Assembly (NCBI GenBank): GCA_963705015.1 | Contig: CAVPIN010000002.1 | Span: forward strand, 2,207,697 to 2,271,696 | DNA length: 64,000 bases | Direction: 5' to 3' | DNA from: Terriglobia bacterium | GTDB taxonomy: Bacteria; Acidobacteriota; Terriglobia; Acidiferrales; UBA7541 | Shown: one piece after another, positions 41,000 to 50,927 of the stretch | How the letters are laid out: the number at the start of each line of letters is the position of its first letter | Position numbering within the stretch: the first letter of the stretch is position 1 | Translations under genes and position numbers: made by a program | Notes under the pieces: model-generated | The model's input: the letters and a program-made list of their open reading frames with translations, nothing else | Told to the model about the DNA's origin: nothing | The model's database searches: none

Positions 41000-42070
41000 C
41001 TAGGGAGTAGGAACGGCGACCGAAGCCTGATTCGAGTACGTACTCTCGACATCCGCTGAGGTAACTGCGGTAACCACATAATAATAAGTCTGGCCAGCCT
41101 GAACCGAGGAGTCGGTATACGAATCCGTTGGAACTGCGGGGGAATTCAGTTTCGTGTAGGGCCCGCCGGAAACTGTGGAACGGTACACGTTGTAGCCGGC
41201 CACGGTGGATAGGCTGGGAGTCCATGCCAGCGTCGCAGAATGTGGAACGGATTGTACACCCGCTCCCGAAAGGGAAATGTTCGTGGGCGAGTTGGTGGCA
41301 TTGCTGGTTATGGTCACGCTGTCTGTCAAGCTTCCGGCCGCTGACGGGGCGAACGTCACATTCAGTGTTGCGCTTTGCCCTGGCGCCAGAGTCAGCCCGG
41401 TCGAAACCCCACTGGTGGTGAATCTTGCGTCGGAGACTTTCACATTGGAGATGGAGACACTGGAATTTCCTGCGTTGGTGAGCGCAACTCCCAGAGTATC
41501 ACTGCTTCCGATCGCCACATTTCCAAAATTCAAACTCGAAGAACTGGCGTTCAAGAGCGATGTTGCGGTAACGCCTGCCCCGCTAACAGCGACGCTTGCC
41601 GGAGAACTTGTGGCATTGCTCACGATCGAAACGGCGCCGGAAACATTGCCCGTCGCCGTTGGCGAGAACCTGATATTGAATGTGGCCTGCTGGGCCGGTC
41701 CGATCGTCAACGGAAGTGAAATGCCACTTACAGTGAAACCTGGAACTGTAACATTGGCTTGTGTAATGGATAGGTTCGATTCACCGGAATTGGATACAAC
41801 TACAGATTGCGAAACTGTGCTTCCGACAGCAACGGATCCAAAGTTAACCGATGGTGGGGACATCGAAATGACGGCGGAGCCCAATGAACTGGTCTGATTT
41901 TTCTGGCTGGAACTTCCAGCGCCGCTCAGGCCGGTGCACGCCGATATGCAAAGAGTTCCAAGGAGCAATAGGCACAGGGAAAGAAGGCCTATCTCGTTCG
42001 CATCCTTGTTGAAAGGAATCGCGGACTTTACGAACTCGCGGGACTTTTGCTTGGATGTGCCTCGCACCAC
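41000..42070 (-). CDS. Lipoprotein with two Ig-like (ASH/choice-of-anchor-D-type) domains and a C-terminal fibronectin type III domain
   Basis: Lipobox LGTLCISACTG. Two units ..NFG.VA.GS....V.L/V.N.G.S..SI......F..SG.S.....PGQ/AQ.A...V.F.P...G.....V.I.SNA. Ends LAWTPS..VAGYNVYRSTVSGGPYTKLN (FN3). Confidence 0.75.
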   Translation of the reverse strand: MVRGTSKQKSREFVKSAIPFNKDANEIGLLSLCLLLLGTLCISACTGLSGAGSSSQKNQTSSLGSAVISMSPPSVNFGSVAVGSTVSQSVVVSNSGESNLSITQANVTVPGFTVSGISLPLTIGPAQQATFNIRFSPTATGNVSGAVSIVSNATSSPASVAVSGAGVTATSLLNASSSSLNFGNVAIGSSDTLGVALTNAGNSSVSISNVKVSDARFTTSGVSTGLTLAPGQSATLNVTFAPSAAGSLTDSVTITSNATNSPTNISLSGAGVQSVPHSATLAWTPSLSTVAGYNVYRSTVSGGPYTKLNSPAVPTDSYTDSSVQAGQTYYYVVTAVTSADVESTYSNQASVAVPTP

Positions 42071-42248
42071 GACGCGATTGTTGGCGCCTGGCCCTGAGCA
42101 GACCTACTGCCCGTTGGTACAGGTCAAGTACAGGTTCGGAACACTGTCCGGGAGGCGAGGGTTGCAGATGCGAGACTTGGCCAAACTCCGGTAACGCCGT
42201 GTCACAGGCGCGATCCGAGCGCTAAACGTCGGAACCTTGCAATCATAG

Positions 42249-43349
42249 TTAAAAAGCTGCCCGGCTATTGGTCAACCGAGCCCGCGCGTCCCCTTGAGGG
42301 ACGCAGCACAGAGGCGGGATGGCGATATACCAGTAGCCTGAATCTAACGAACGTGATTGCAGGATGGTTCCGCTTCGAGCGTCGATTCGCACGAGTTCGG
42401 CAGGCTTAGTCGAGACTGGCTCGCCTACGGAAATGCCGTACAGTTCGTTTGAGTCGTGATTCGCAATGAGTGCGGCAAAATGTAAGTTCGGCGCAATCTG
42501 GCGGAGCAGGCGCCCACTTGCAGGATCGAGAAGCCAAGCGCCTCCTTCCAATCCCATACACGAATGTTCGTGAACTACCTTTGTTCCAAAATTCTCGTAG
42601 ACGAACAGACTTCCGCCACTGGAGACGATATTCGACCATACTGGCACGGGGCAGCCGGGAGCCGTGGTAGACGGCTCGATTGAAAGTCCGGCTCCAAGAT
42701 CGTATGAATCAGGCGACGCAACCCAAATGTGTCCAGTCCGATTAGTGACCTCGTAGAGCACGAATTGGTCGTTGCTCAGCCAGTCCCCTCGTAAAAGCCC
42801 GTGGGTCAGAGCCAAGTGCAGGATAATTCGTTTGCTTGGTAGGTCGTAAATGTCCGCTCCAGAGTTCAGGACCAACATCCGCCGTCCGTCGGGAGAAATA
42901 TGAGGGACCCCATCGATGGCTTTGCTGTCGGCAATGAGCGACGCCACTGGATAGGTAACTCCGCCAACATCAACAAGCGCATGCCATACCCGATTACCCG
43001 GATATTTGCTCAACAGCTTCGATTCCAGCGAGGTGAGGTCAATGGAGTAGAGGGCGCAACACCCATTAGGATCGTCAGGGAGAGGCGCATGTACGTACAC
43101 CACCTTGCCATCCGCACTCGCGGACGCACCATTCAACCCCACGCTACCGGATGGAAGATCGACATGAATGCGCCCTACAGTTGCGAGGCTATTGGGGTCG
43201 ATAATTTCGATAGTGTCGTGCGATTGGGCAGTGGCGATGATGTAGTTGTGCAATTGCTCCGTTCGTGGGGATGGACTGAGAACTAGTAAGGCGAGGAGCA
43301 GAACCAAGCTACGTACTAGGATTCTGGCGACTTGAATCGATGAATCCAT
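42249..43349 (-). CDS. Secreted beta-propeller-like hypothetical protein
   Basis: Start trimmed to MDSSIQVARILVRSLVLLLALLVLS. Repeated ..SPDG../..YV.. strand patterns resemble YncE-type propellers. Weak assignment. Confidence 0.6.
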   Translation of the reverse strand: MDSSIQVARILVRSLVLLLALLVLSPSPRTEQLHNYIIATAQSHDTIEIIDPNSLATVGRIHVDLPSGSVGLNGASASADGKVVYVHAPLPDDPNGCCALYSIDLTSLESKLLSKYPGNRVWHALVDVGGVTYPVASLIADSKAIDGVPHISPDGRRMLVLNSGADIYDLPSKRIILHLALTHGLLRGDWLSNDQFVLYEVTNRTGHIWVASPDSYDLGAGLSIEPSTTAPGCPVPVWSNIVSSGGSLFVYENFGTKVVHEHSCMGLEGGAWLLDPASGRLLRQIAPNLHFAALIANHDSNELYGISVGEPVSTKPAELVRIDARSGTILQSRSLDSGYWYIAIPPLCCVPQGDARARLTNSRAAF

Positions 43350-43554
43350 TGGTCTACCTCCCCGGATTGCAGAGCGAAAGGTCGGAACCAACTTACTGAT
43401 TGTCTTTCATTGTACCCCTAACGGTCAACCGTTTCCAACGAATCGAGCCAAGTCCCGCGAAGTCGTCTCCGCGAAAACTGGCCCGCAACCAAAATTCTCT
43501 CATCCTCCAAAGATTTTAGGCCATAATGCCGGGCGACCATGCCGGAGGTGATGT

Positions 43555-45714
43555 TTGGCCGATAAACCCTGGAGTTCGACGGCGCCGCCCTCGGAATTTC
43601 GTCCCTACGTGGACGAGTCGAGCACTCTGACGGAGTTCAGCTGGCGCGCGGTGATCCTGGGCGCGATTTTCGGCGCGCTGTTTGGCGCGGTGTCGGTGTA
43701 CGTTGGGCTGCGCGCCGGGCTGACGGTTTCCGCGTCGATTCCGATTGCGGTGCTGTCGATTTCCATCCTCCGGGCGTTCGGCAGATCCACAATCCTCGAA
43801 AACAACATGGTGCAGACCACCGGCTCGGCGGGCGAGTCGGTCGCGGCGGGCGTGATTTTCACTTTGCCGGCGCTGATTTTCATGGGGTTTTCGCTGAACA
43901 CGGAATACTGGCGCGTTTTTTTTCTCGCGCTGATCGGCGGATGGCTCGGCGTGCTGTTCATGATTCCGCTGCGGCGGCAACTCATCGTGAAGGAGCATGG
44001 GAACCTGACGTTTCCCGAAGGCACCGCCTGCGCCGACGTGCTGGTGGCGGGAGAACGCGGAGGATCGTTCGCCGGCAGCGTGTTTTGGGGACTGGGCATC
44101 GGCGGCGTCTACACGTGGCTGATGAACTCGATGCAGATGTGGCCGGGCCAGCCGGAATATCAGCCCAAGTGGCTGCCGGGCGCGTCGTTCCGCGCGGCGA
44201 TCACGTCGGAGTATCTCGGCGTCGGCTACATCATCGGGCCCAAGACTGCGGGCACGATTTTTGCCGGCGGCGTGTTTTCCTGGCTCGTCTTGATGCCCGC
44301 CATCAAATTCTTCGGGCAAAACATGCCCGGGCCGCTCTATCCCTCGACGATTCCCATCGCGCAGATGTCGCCCGACCAAATCTGGTCGAGTTACATTCGC
44401 CCGATCGGCGCGGGGGCCGTGGCCGCGGCCGGACTGATTACGCTGATTCGAACGCTGCCGACCATCGTGAGCGCGCTCACCGCGGGACTCAAGGATGTGC
44501 GCGCGCAACGTGCCGGGACCGCGCCGCAAGCGGGGCGGCAGGAACGCGATCTGCCGATGAAGTTCGTGCTGATTGGGTCCGTCGTTCTCCTGGTGATGAT
44601 CTGGGCGCTGCTGACGTTCAAGCCGATTCCCGGAGCGGCTACCGGGCTGCTCTCGAATCTGGCGGCGGCGCTGCTGGTGATGGTGTTCGGCTTCTTGTTT
44701 GTGACCGTCTCGTGCCGAATCTGCGGGCTGATCGGGACGTCCTCGAATCCGGTGAGCGGCATGACCATCGCCACGCTGATGGCCACCTGCGCGATGTTCC
44801 TGGTGACGGGCTGGACCGGCGGCGCATACGCGGCGCTCGCGATCACGATCGGCGGCGTCGTGGCCATCGCGGCGGCCAACGCCGGAGCGACTTCGCAGGA
44901 CTTGAAGACGGGCTATCTGGTGGGCGCGACGCCGGTGCGGCAGCAGATCGGATTGATCGTCGGCGTGCTGGTGGCGTCATTTTTTATCGGCCTCACGCTC
45001 ATCGGCATGAACAAGGGCCTCGAAAAATATCACGCCCAATGTGATTTCCGATCAATCTCGCGCAACTTCCCGAGGGCGTGCAGGTGGAGTCGCAGAATTA
45101 CGAGCACGCGGGAAAAACCTACGTCCTCGTCAATGCGCTGGGCTCGCAGGAAGTGCCCGACGGAAAATATCTCTACGATCCCGCGACGAAGCAAATTGAA
45201 ATCCAGTGGGTGCAGGGCATCGGCAGCGACGCCGCTCCCGCTCCGCAGGCGCGTCTGATGGCCACGGTCATCAACGGCATCCTGACGCAGCGGCTGCCGT
45301 GGCGGCTGGTGCTGCTCGGCGTGTTTCTGGTCGTGGCCATCGAGCTGCTGGGCGTGCGCTCGCTTTCCTTTGCGGTGGGCTCATATCTTTCGATCGCCAC
45401 CACGATGGCAATTTTTGCCGGCGGCGTCGGTGCGCTGGCTGGTCGAGCGCAACAAGCCCAAAACCGCAGGGGGTGAAAGCGAAGTCAGTCCCGGCTCGCT
45501 CTATTCGAGCGGCTTGATTGCCGCAGGCGGCGTGGTGGGCCTGCTGGCAATCATCATCAAGCTCATGGAAATTCGGGGCTGGGTCGCGCCCGACAAGTTC
45601 AACGTCGGCACGAAATGGATCGGCAGCCTGGCAACAAATGGCTGGCTGGGCGTGGTGATGTTCCTGCTGCTGGCGTCGTCGTTGTTCGTGTTTGCGCGCA
45701 AGAAGCTCGAATAG
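43555..45714 (+). pseudogene. OPT-family oligopeptide transporter with two compensating frame disruptions
   Basis: SEFRPYVDESSTLTEFSWRAVILGAIFGALFGAVSVYVGLRAGLTVSASIP..MVQTTGSAGESVAAGVIFTLPAL is OPT-like. The frame goes 1>3 at about 45040-45060 (..GLEKYHAQ / ..INLAQLPEGVQVESQNYEH..) and 3>1 at about 45430 (..TTMAIFAGGV / RWLVERNKPKTAGGESEVSPGSLYSSGLIAAGGV..). All three segments look like genuine membrane protein. Confidence 0.78.
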
Positions 45715-45821
45715 CAGGCCTTTGCGAGTACGGATTCATCGAAGAAAGGGCCCAGGTAGCAGTTCGCAATGATTCGCTAACATCGACGATGCTAGAATCC
45801 TTCGCCTAGGAGGCACAGTTC

Positions 45822-47126
45822 ATGACTCGCATTCTCTTGACCACTGTCGATCAGGATTTCGGCCTCTACGATTATTATCGCGAGAACGCTCCTGCAGGAT
45901 TCCGCTGGCGCTTTCAAATGCCGCGGCGGATTTCCTTCGGCTTGCGGTTCCTCCGCCAGAATGTCCCGGAAATCAATATCCTGGAATACCCAACCAAGGC
46001 CGAATACCTGGCCGCCCTCAAGAAGGGCTGGGACGTTGTGGGCTTTTCCTTTTATCTGGAGGAAAGCAATCACATCATGGGGATGGCTGAGGAAGCGCAC
46101 AAAGCAGGAGTGAAGAAACTGTGGGCCGGCAACTATGGCGCCCTGACTCCCTCCATGCAGGCCAACTTCGATAACATTTTCAGCGGATACAGCGAAGACG
46201 CCGTGGCGCAAACCCTCGGCAAGACCATCGATGCGGTCAGGCATCCGCCCCTGATATCGGAATTCCGGCTTCCGGGCGGCTGGCCCATGCCCATCGGAAT
46301 CCTGTTCACGACCCGTGGCTGCAGTTTCCCGTGCACGTTCTGCCAGACGACGGCGTTTGCGCCCAAGCCGAAAGCCATTCCTCTCGAGTCCATCGAAGAG
46401 GCGATCCGCTTTTACGTCTCGCACGGCATCGAGTACGTGCTGATTCTCGATGAGAATTTCGGGAACATTCCGGCAGCAAGCGGAAGCCGTGATCGATATG
46501 CTGGCGCGTTATAAGGTCAGTTGGCTGGTGCAATCCCGCGTCGATTTGTTCCTGCGCAATTTCGATACCTGGATCGCCAAAGGGATGGAAGGCGCGCTAT
46601 TTGGGATCGAGAGTTTCCATCAGGAGGTCCTCAAGCAGATTCATAAGGGCGAAAAAGTGGAAGCCGTGATGGAACTGGCCCAGAAATTGAACCGCGCGGG
46701 AAAATACGCGCATGGGTACTACATCATCGGATTTCCGTCGGAAACTCCGGAATCCATCGCCGAGGACCTCAAGACGCTCGCCGTCCATGGAACTCGATGT
46801 CACGCAAATCACCATCGTGACGCCGCATCCGCGCACGCAATTGTGGAGTGAACTGGACACCCAATTCGGCATCTACGAGAAAGATCTGTCGAAATACGAC
46901 ACCAAGCACATGGTCTGGAACCACCCGAACTGCCCGCCTGGAAGCGTGGAGTCATTGCTCAAGCAAGGGTTCGACGTTGTGCTACGGGAAGGATTGGCTG
47001 CGCCGTACCACCGGAAAATTCCTCAAGAGCCGATTGCGCAAAGGCGATTTGAGCAAGATGCTGATGAGCCCGTTGAACGCGCGTTGGGCTGATCCGCAGC
47101 GGCTGCCTTATCTAAACCCTTCGTAA
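45822..47126 (+). pseudogene. Radical SAM protein (B12-binding-domain type) with 3 frame disruptions
   Basis: FTTRGCSFPCTFCQT carries the CX3CX2C cluster motif. The frame goes 3>1>2>3 at about 46465 (..LILDENFG / TFRQQAEAVIDMLARY..), about 46787 (..EDLKTLA / MELDVTQITIVTPHPRTQLW..) and about 46985 (..KQGFDVVLR / KDWLRRTTGKFLK..). Stop at 47126. Confidence 0.72.
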
Positions 47127-47171
47127 CGGCGTGATCTGCTCAGCTGGCTACCACACGACTGGCGGCGTCAA

Positions 47172-47272
47172 GTAGCACAGCCACTCCTGGCTGTGCGGTT
47201 TTGTAGCCCGCACGTGAGCTGCCGACTCAAGTACGATTGCAAACACAGCACACGAAAGACAGCCAGTGCTAC
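47172..47272. repeat. 101-bp composite REP unit (left flank of the RAYT gene)
   Basis: gtagcacagccactcctggctgtgcggttttgtag... ...agccagtgctac. The first 35 nt are identical to the unit at 47828. The termini gtagcac/gtgctac are inverted complements. Overlaps the RAYT stop codon. Confidence 0.8.
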
Positions 47273-47817
47273 TTGCGCGCGCTCGACCATTGCCAATCTT
47301 GCGGACGCGCGCACAAACTCGCTTTCACTGGGTTGTTCTCGATGTAAGTCTTGGTTCGCTCGAGCTGTCCGGCGTCGCGAATCCAATGGTCGAACGATTC
47401 GTCTTGCCAGAATGGTTTCCCAACCCGACCGAGTCTGATATTCGCATCCCGGGCAGAGACTCCCTTGATCCCGCTAGTGAGTCTCTGCAAAGGTACCAAT
47501 GGGTCGAGCAAGACGTGCACATGATTGGGCATGACCACATAAGCTCGCAAGTCGTAGTGCCTCAACTCGGCGCCGCGTTGGATGGACCGTTCAGTGCAAC
47601 CCGCGATTTCCGGATCATTTAGCCAAAGTGGTCCGCTCGATCCCGCGTCAAGCATCCTGTCGGCATGCAGGAACTGCTTTCTAGGTTCGCTGCCCCACCT
47701 ATGGAGATGTCCAGCAAATCCCTTCGGCAACGAACGGTATAGTCGCCATGTCACAAAAAGTGTCTGCTCTGCTGGTTGCCAATGAGGCAAATTACGTCGA
47801 TAGAAACTGACCGCCAT
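47269..47817 (-). CDS. REP-associated tyrosine transposase (RAYT; IS200/IS605 TnpA-like Y1 transposase)
   Basis: RRNLPHWQP..LFVTWRL.., HUH motif YVVMPNHVHVLL, catalytic-Tyr region KTYIENNPVKASL..DWQWSSA. Flanked by REP units on both sides. Confidence 0.88.
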   Translation of the reverse strand: MAVSFYRRNLPHWQPAEQTLFVTWRLYRSLPKGFAGHLHRWGSEPRKQFLHADRMLDAGSSGPLWLNDPEIAGCTERSIQRGAELRHYDLRAYVVMPNHVHVLLDPLVPLQRLTSGIKGVSARDANIRLGRVGKPFWQDESFDHWIRDAGQLERTKTYIENNPVKASLCARPQDWQWSSARK

Positions 47818-47827
47818 ATTCGTTAAC

Positions 47828-47928
47828 GTAGCACAGCCACTCCTGGCTGTGCGGTTTTGTAGGCTGGACGTGAGCTAGCGATTCCACTACGATCGCAAAC
47901 CCCGCACAGGCAAGAGTGCCTGTGCTAC
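47828..47928. repeat. 101-bp composite REP unit (right flank of the RAYT gene)
   Basis: Contains hairpins gcacagcc-actcct-ggctgtgc and gcacaggc-aagagt-gcctgtgc in inverted orientation, bounded by gtagcac...gtgctac. Same orientation as the left unit. Confidence 0.8.
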
Positions 47929-48188
47929 TCAAGACTGCCACGAACTGACTTATTTCAACCCGTCGGCATATATCAGCAGTTTGGAACCTGCGCAGGATTA
48001 TCGGAGCTATAGCCGTGGCAATGCTTCTCATACTGGCGTCGCCGTTATCGTTGTCGTTCGTCCATAAAAGACGCCCACGCACTATCGCCACCCCGACGCC
48101 GGAGGACAATGGCAACATGTCAGTCATGCAACATTGCCCAGATCCGAGCGAAGCTTCCCGTACGTCCTGGCCGTAAATGCTTCAGCAA

Positions 48189-49319
48189 CTAAGAGTAATT
48201 CAATACGGGGCCGGGCTTCCCCAACCACTCCGCGTAGAGTTGTTCGATCGTCCGCCCGATACAGAATCCCCAAGAAAACTGGCGAAAATCCTTGTACTTT
48301 TCGGGCACGACGTAGCGCTCGACGGCTTCCTCCACCGGCACTCCAGCCTTGTACAATTTCTCCGCCTGACTGGCGATGTCGTCAAAAACCGCGCGCATGA
48401 GCGCGACGGTTTCCTGAGTGCCGATCTGGCCATGGCCGGGCACAAAGATCGTGTTCTTATCGAATGCCGCGATCCTCGCCAGGGTGGCGCGCCAGGGAGT
48501 CGGATATCCGTTGATGTTGGTGGGGTACTGGGAATTGACCAGCAAATCTCCCGTGAAAACGATGTTTTGATCGGGCACGCGAAGGATCAGGTCGGTATCC
48601 GTGTGGCCGACGTAGGTTTCGATCACGACGGTAAGGCCGCCGAGGTCGACCTTCATCGGCATCTTCGCCGGATCGAGGGGATGGTTCGGCAACGCGAGAA
48701 CGGACTGGCTCACGGGATCGAACATGCCGCTTACGCCTTCGACGTCGCTCCTGGCGTGCTCGCGCTGGGCGTCGGTTTTGGCTTCGTGGACGCGCTTTTC
48801 CCACGGCGCGAGAAACGCCTCGCGGGTTTCGGCCTGCCACTTCGGGTAATGCTCCGCGATGCGGGAGGCCACCTTGGCATGCGCCCAGATGGGCACGCCC
48901 GCGCCTCCATAAAACGAATTACCGAGGGAATGGTCGAAGTGCCAGTGCGTATTGATGGCCGCCTGCACGGGCACCATGGTGACCATGCGCACGGCGTCCA
49001 TCTGGAAGGACGCGCCGATGGGCGTCTGGAACCCCTCGATGAGCATGGCCGAATCGCGCCCAACGATGAATCCGCCATTCGAACGCGTCTGCAGGCCCTT
49101 GGTACGGTCGGAAATCGTCGCGTACACGCCGTTGCCGATCTTTCGAACCAGGGCAAAGCCTTTGTCGACCACCGGCTGCCGGGCGATGCGCGGGTCGCTC
49201 GGCAAAGATTGCGCTAGCGCTGAAAGCGCGGCGAATTTGTTCGCCACGGCGAGCGCGCCCAAGGCCGAGGTGGCCGCAAGAAAACTTCTGCGGGAAAGCG
49301 GGTTCGAAAAATTATTCAC
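48189..49319 (-). CDS. MBL-fold metallo-hydrolase with Tat signal
   Basis: GTG start with GGAGGA 6 nt upstream. SRRSFLAATSALGALAVA twin-arginine signal. HxHxDH motif THWHFDH. The remaining 78 aa of the track ORF upstream look non-coding. Confidence 0.8.
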   Translation of the reverse strand: MNNFSNPLSRRSFLAATSALGALAVANKFAALSALAQSLPSDPRIARQPVVDKGFALVRKIGNGVYATISDRTKGLQTRSNGGFIVGRDSAMLIEGFQTPIGASFQMDAVRMVTMVPVQAAINTHWHFDHSLGNSFYGGAGVPIWAHAKVASRIAEHYPKWQAETREAFLAPWEKRVHEAKTDAQREHARSDVEGVSGMFDPVSQSVLALPNHPLDPAKMPMKVDLGGLTVVIETYVGHTDTDLILRVPDQNIVFTGDLLVNSQYPTNINGYPTPWRATLARIAAFDKNTIFVPGHGQIGTQETVALMRAVFDDIASQAEKLYKAGVPVEEAVERYVVPEKYKDFRQFSWGFCIGRTIEQLYAEWLGKPGPVLNYS

Positions 49320-49378
49320 GGAATTTCCTCCAGAATGATCGGAGCATAGTGGATTCGCTGACGGGAGGCAATGGACAA

Positions 49379-49741
49379 TTAGGCTTTTGCCGGCTTCTTG
49401 ATGCCGTCGTAAATCGCGATGGAGAGGACCACGAGAACCCACACGGGGAAAACTCCCATCCCGGGAATCGCTTCGGCGATCAAGCCCGGCAGCAGAGCCC
49501 ACCGCCGGCCCAAGAGAAGAAACAGGAGCAACGCCGTCCCGACATCGAGCGCCCACTGGGCCGGCGGGAGAAACGTGATCCCAATAGACAAGGCGTCCGA
49601 AACCGCAGCCGCCGCAAAAGCGATGGCGATCTTTGTCCGTGAGTAGCGTGCAGGAACCGTGACAGGAACCGTGACAGGAACCGCGGGCGGCAACATCTCA
49701 GGTTTGGTGGGTTGCGTCGAACTGCTTTCGATATTGCTCAT
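49379..49741 (-). CDS. Small integral membrane protein (hypothetical)
   Basis: 120 aa with three hydrophobic segments. The N-terminal VPVTVPVTVP is encoded by a 12-bp tandem repeat at 49651-49683. Confidence 0.55.
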   Translation of the reverse strand: MSNIESSSTQPTKPEMLPPAVPVTVPVTVPARYSRTKIAIAFAAAAVSDALSIGITFLPPAQWALDVGTALLLFLLLGRRWALLPGLIAEAIPGMGVFPVWVLVVLSIAIYDGIKKPAKA

Positions 49742-49896
49742 GACTTTCGCTCAATCAATCGTGCCACGGCCAAAGTGGATTGGCAACCAAAGCGGATCGT
49801 TTCCAATGCCACACTTTGACTGTTGGAAACTGGTGCCGGGAGCGGCGCGATCCGATATGATTTATTTCAACGCCCGTCGGAAAAAGGAGAATAAGA

Positions 49897-50610
49897 ATGC
49901 ACAACAAAACACTCACGCGATTTCTTATGGTGGTGGGTTTGCTCGGTCTGTTCGGTTGCGGCCAATCGTCCACGACGCCTGGAACTTCGAATCCCTCCTC
50001 CGGGAATGCCTCCGCGCCCGGAGCCTCGGATTCTTCCTCAGGAGGCACTTCCGAATCTGGAATTCAGAAGGCTGCTGAAAGTCTTTTCAAACCGAAACCA
50101 ATCGTCATACCTGCCGGAACTCGGATTCAGGTCACGGTCGACCAGTCGATTAGTTCCAAGACCGGCAATCCGGGCGATCATTTTGACGCTTCGCTGGCAG
50201 GCCCAGTGATGATTGGCGAGAAGCAGGTGATTCCCTCTGGCGCAAAAGTGATTGGAACCGTGACGGACGCCAAGTCCGCAGGTAAGTTCAATGGAAATGC
50301 CGCAATCACGGTGACGCTCGATTCGGTCAAGGTGAATGGTGAAACCTATGCGCTGAAGACCTCCTCGGTAACCGAAGCTGGCAAGGGCCGCGGCAAGAGA
50401 ACTGCAGTCGGGGCCGGAGGCGGCGCTGCCCTCGGAGCGATCGTTGGCGCGATTGCAGGTGGCGGCAAGGGCGCGGCTATCGGCGCGGGGGCAGGCGCGG
50501 GCGCCGGAACAGCAGGCGCCGCATTTACAGGCGACCGGGACATTACGATCGGTGCCGAGACGAAACTTAGTTTCAGGCTGAAAGCACCTCTTGAGGTCAA
50601 GGGGAATTAG
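49897..50610 (+). CDS. Lipoprotein with C-terminal glycine-zipper region
   Basis: AAGGAGA SD. Lipobox LLGLFGCGQ. Ser/Gly-rich linker. GAGGGAALGAIVGAIAGGGKGAAIGAGAGAGAG glycine zipper. Confidence 0.75.
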   Translation: MHNKTLTRFLMVVGLLGLFGCGQSSTTPGTSNPSSGNASAPGASDSSSGGTSESGIQKAAESLFKPKPIVIPAGTRIQVTVDQSISSKTGNPGDHFDASLAGPVMIGEKQVIPSGAKVIGTVTDAKSAGKFNGNAAITVTLDSVKVNGETYALKTSSVTEAGKGRGKRTAVGAGGGAALGAIVGAIAGGGKGAAIGAGAGAGAGTAGAAFTGDRDITIGAETKLSFRLKAPLEVKGN

Positions 50611-50666
50611 CGGAATTATCCCTTTGACAAACCCAAGTTGATTTCTTAATATCGGCGGGAGTGATT

Positions 50667-50801
50667 CTACTTTTTCGACTTCCGTTTCGCTTTCGGCTTC
50701 GATTCTTGCTTCGTCTGAGGCTTGATCTTCAATAGATCGGATACGGCTTCATTGAATTTCAGCGGGGCGAGCGAGAGACGAGGTTTTTTTTCGCGTTGCA
50801 T
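50667..50801 (-). CDS. Candidate 44-aa lysine-rich micro-ORF (speculative)
   Basis: Below the track threshold. Reads MQREKKPRLSLAPLKFNEAVSDLLKIKPQTKQESKPKAKRKSKK. No SD seen, and it lies downstream of a terminator-like hairpin, so it may not be expressed. Confidence 0.2.
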   Translation of the reverse strand: MQREKKPRLSLAPLKFNEAVSDLLKIKPQTKQESKPKAKRKSKK

Positions 50802-50834
50802 GGAGCGCGGTCAATAATGTTGTGTAAATTGCTT

Positions 50835-50878
50835 CGAAAAATCAGCCGCCCCGCCCAAGCTTTCACTTGAGCGGGGCG
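50835..50878 (-). terminator. Intrinsic terminator-like hairpin downstream of the YifN/PemK-like gene
   Basis: On the minus strand: cgccccgc (50878-50871), a 16-nt loop, gcggggcg (50854-50847), then gctgattttt (T-run 50843-50835). Confidence 0.55.
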
Positions 50879-50927
50879 TAATTTCTACAGGCCCGATTTA
50901 ACGGGAGTGAAGCACCGCTATTATGGC

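Noticed and set aside
43516-44529. 337-aa minus-strand ORF antisense to the OPT transporter (also 43941-45044 plus, 48177-49217 plus, 15441-16157 minus, 13315-14076 plus, 14083-14670 plus, 17526-18251 plus)
   Set aside because: Extremely Arg/Gly/His-rich, low-complexity translations typical of off-frame or antisense ORFs in high-GC coding DNA. Each overlaps a gene with clear family motifs.
47792-48127. 111-aa minus-strand ORF next to the RAYT gene
   Set aside because: Its C-terminal 45 codons are simply a translation of the right REP unit. The remaining part has no support as a gene.
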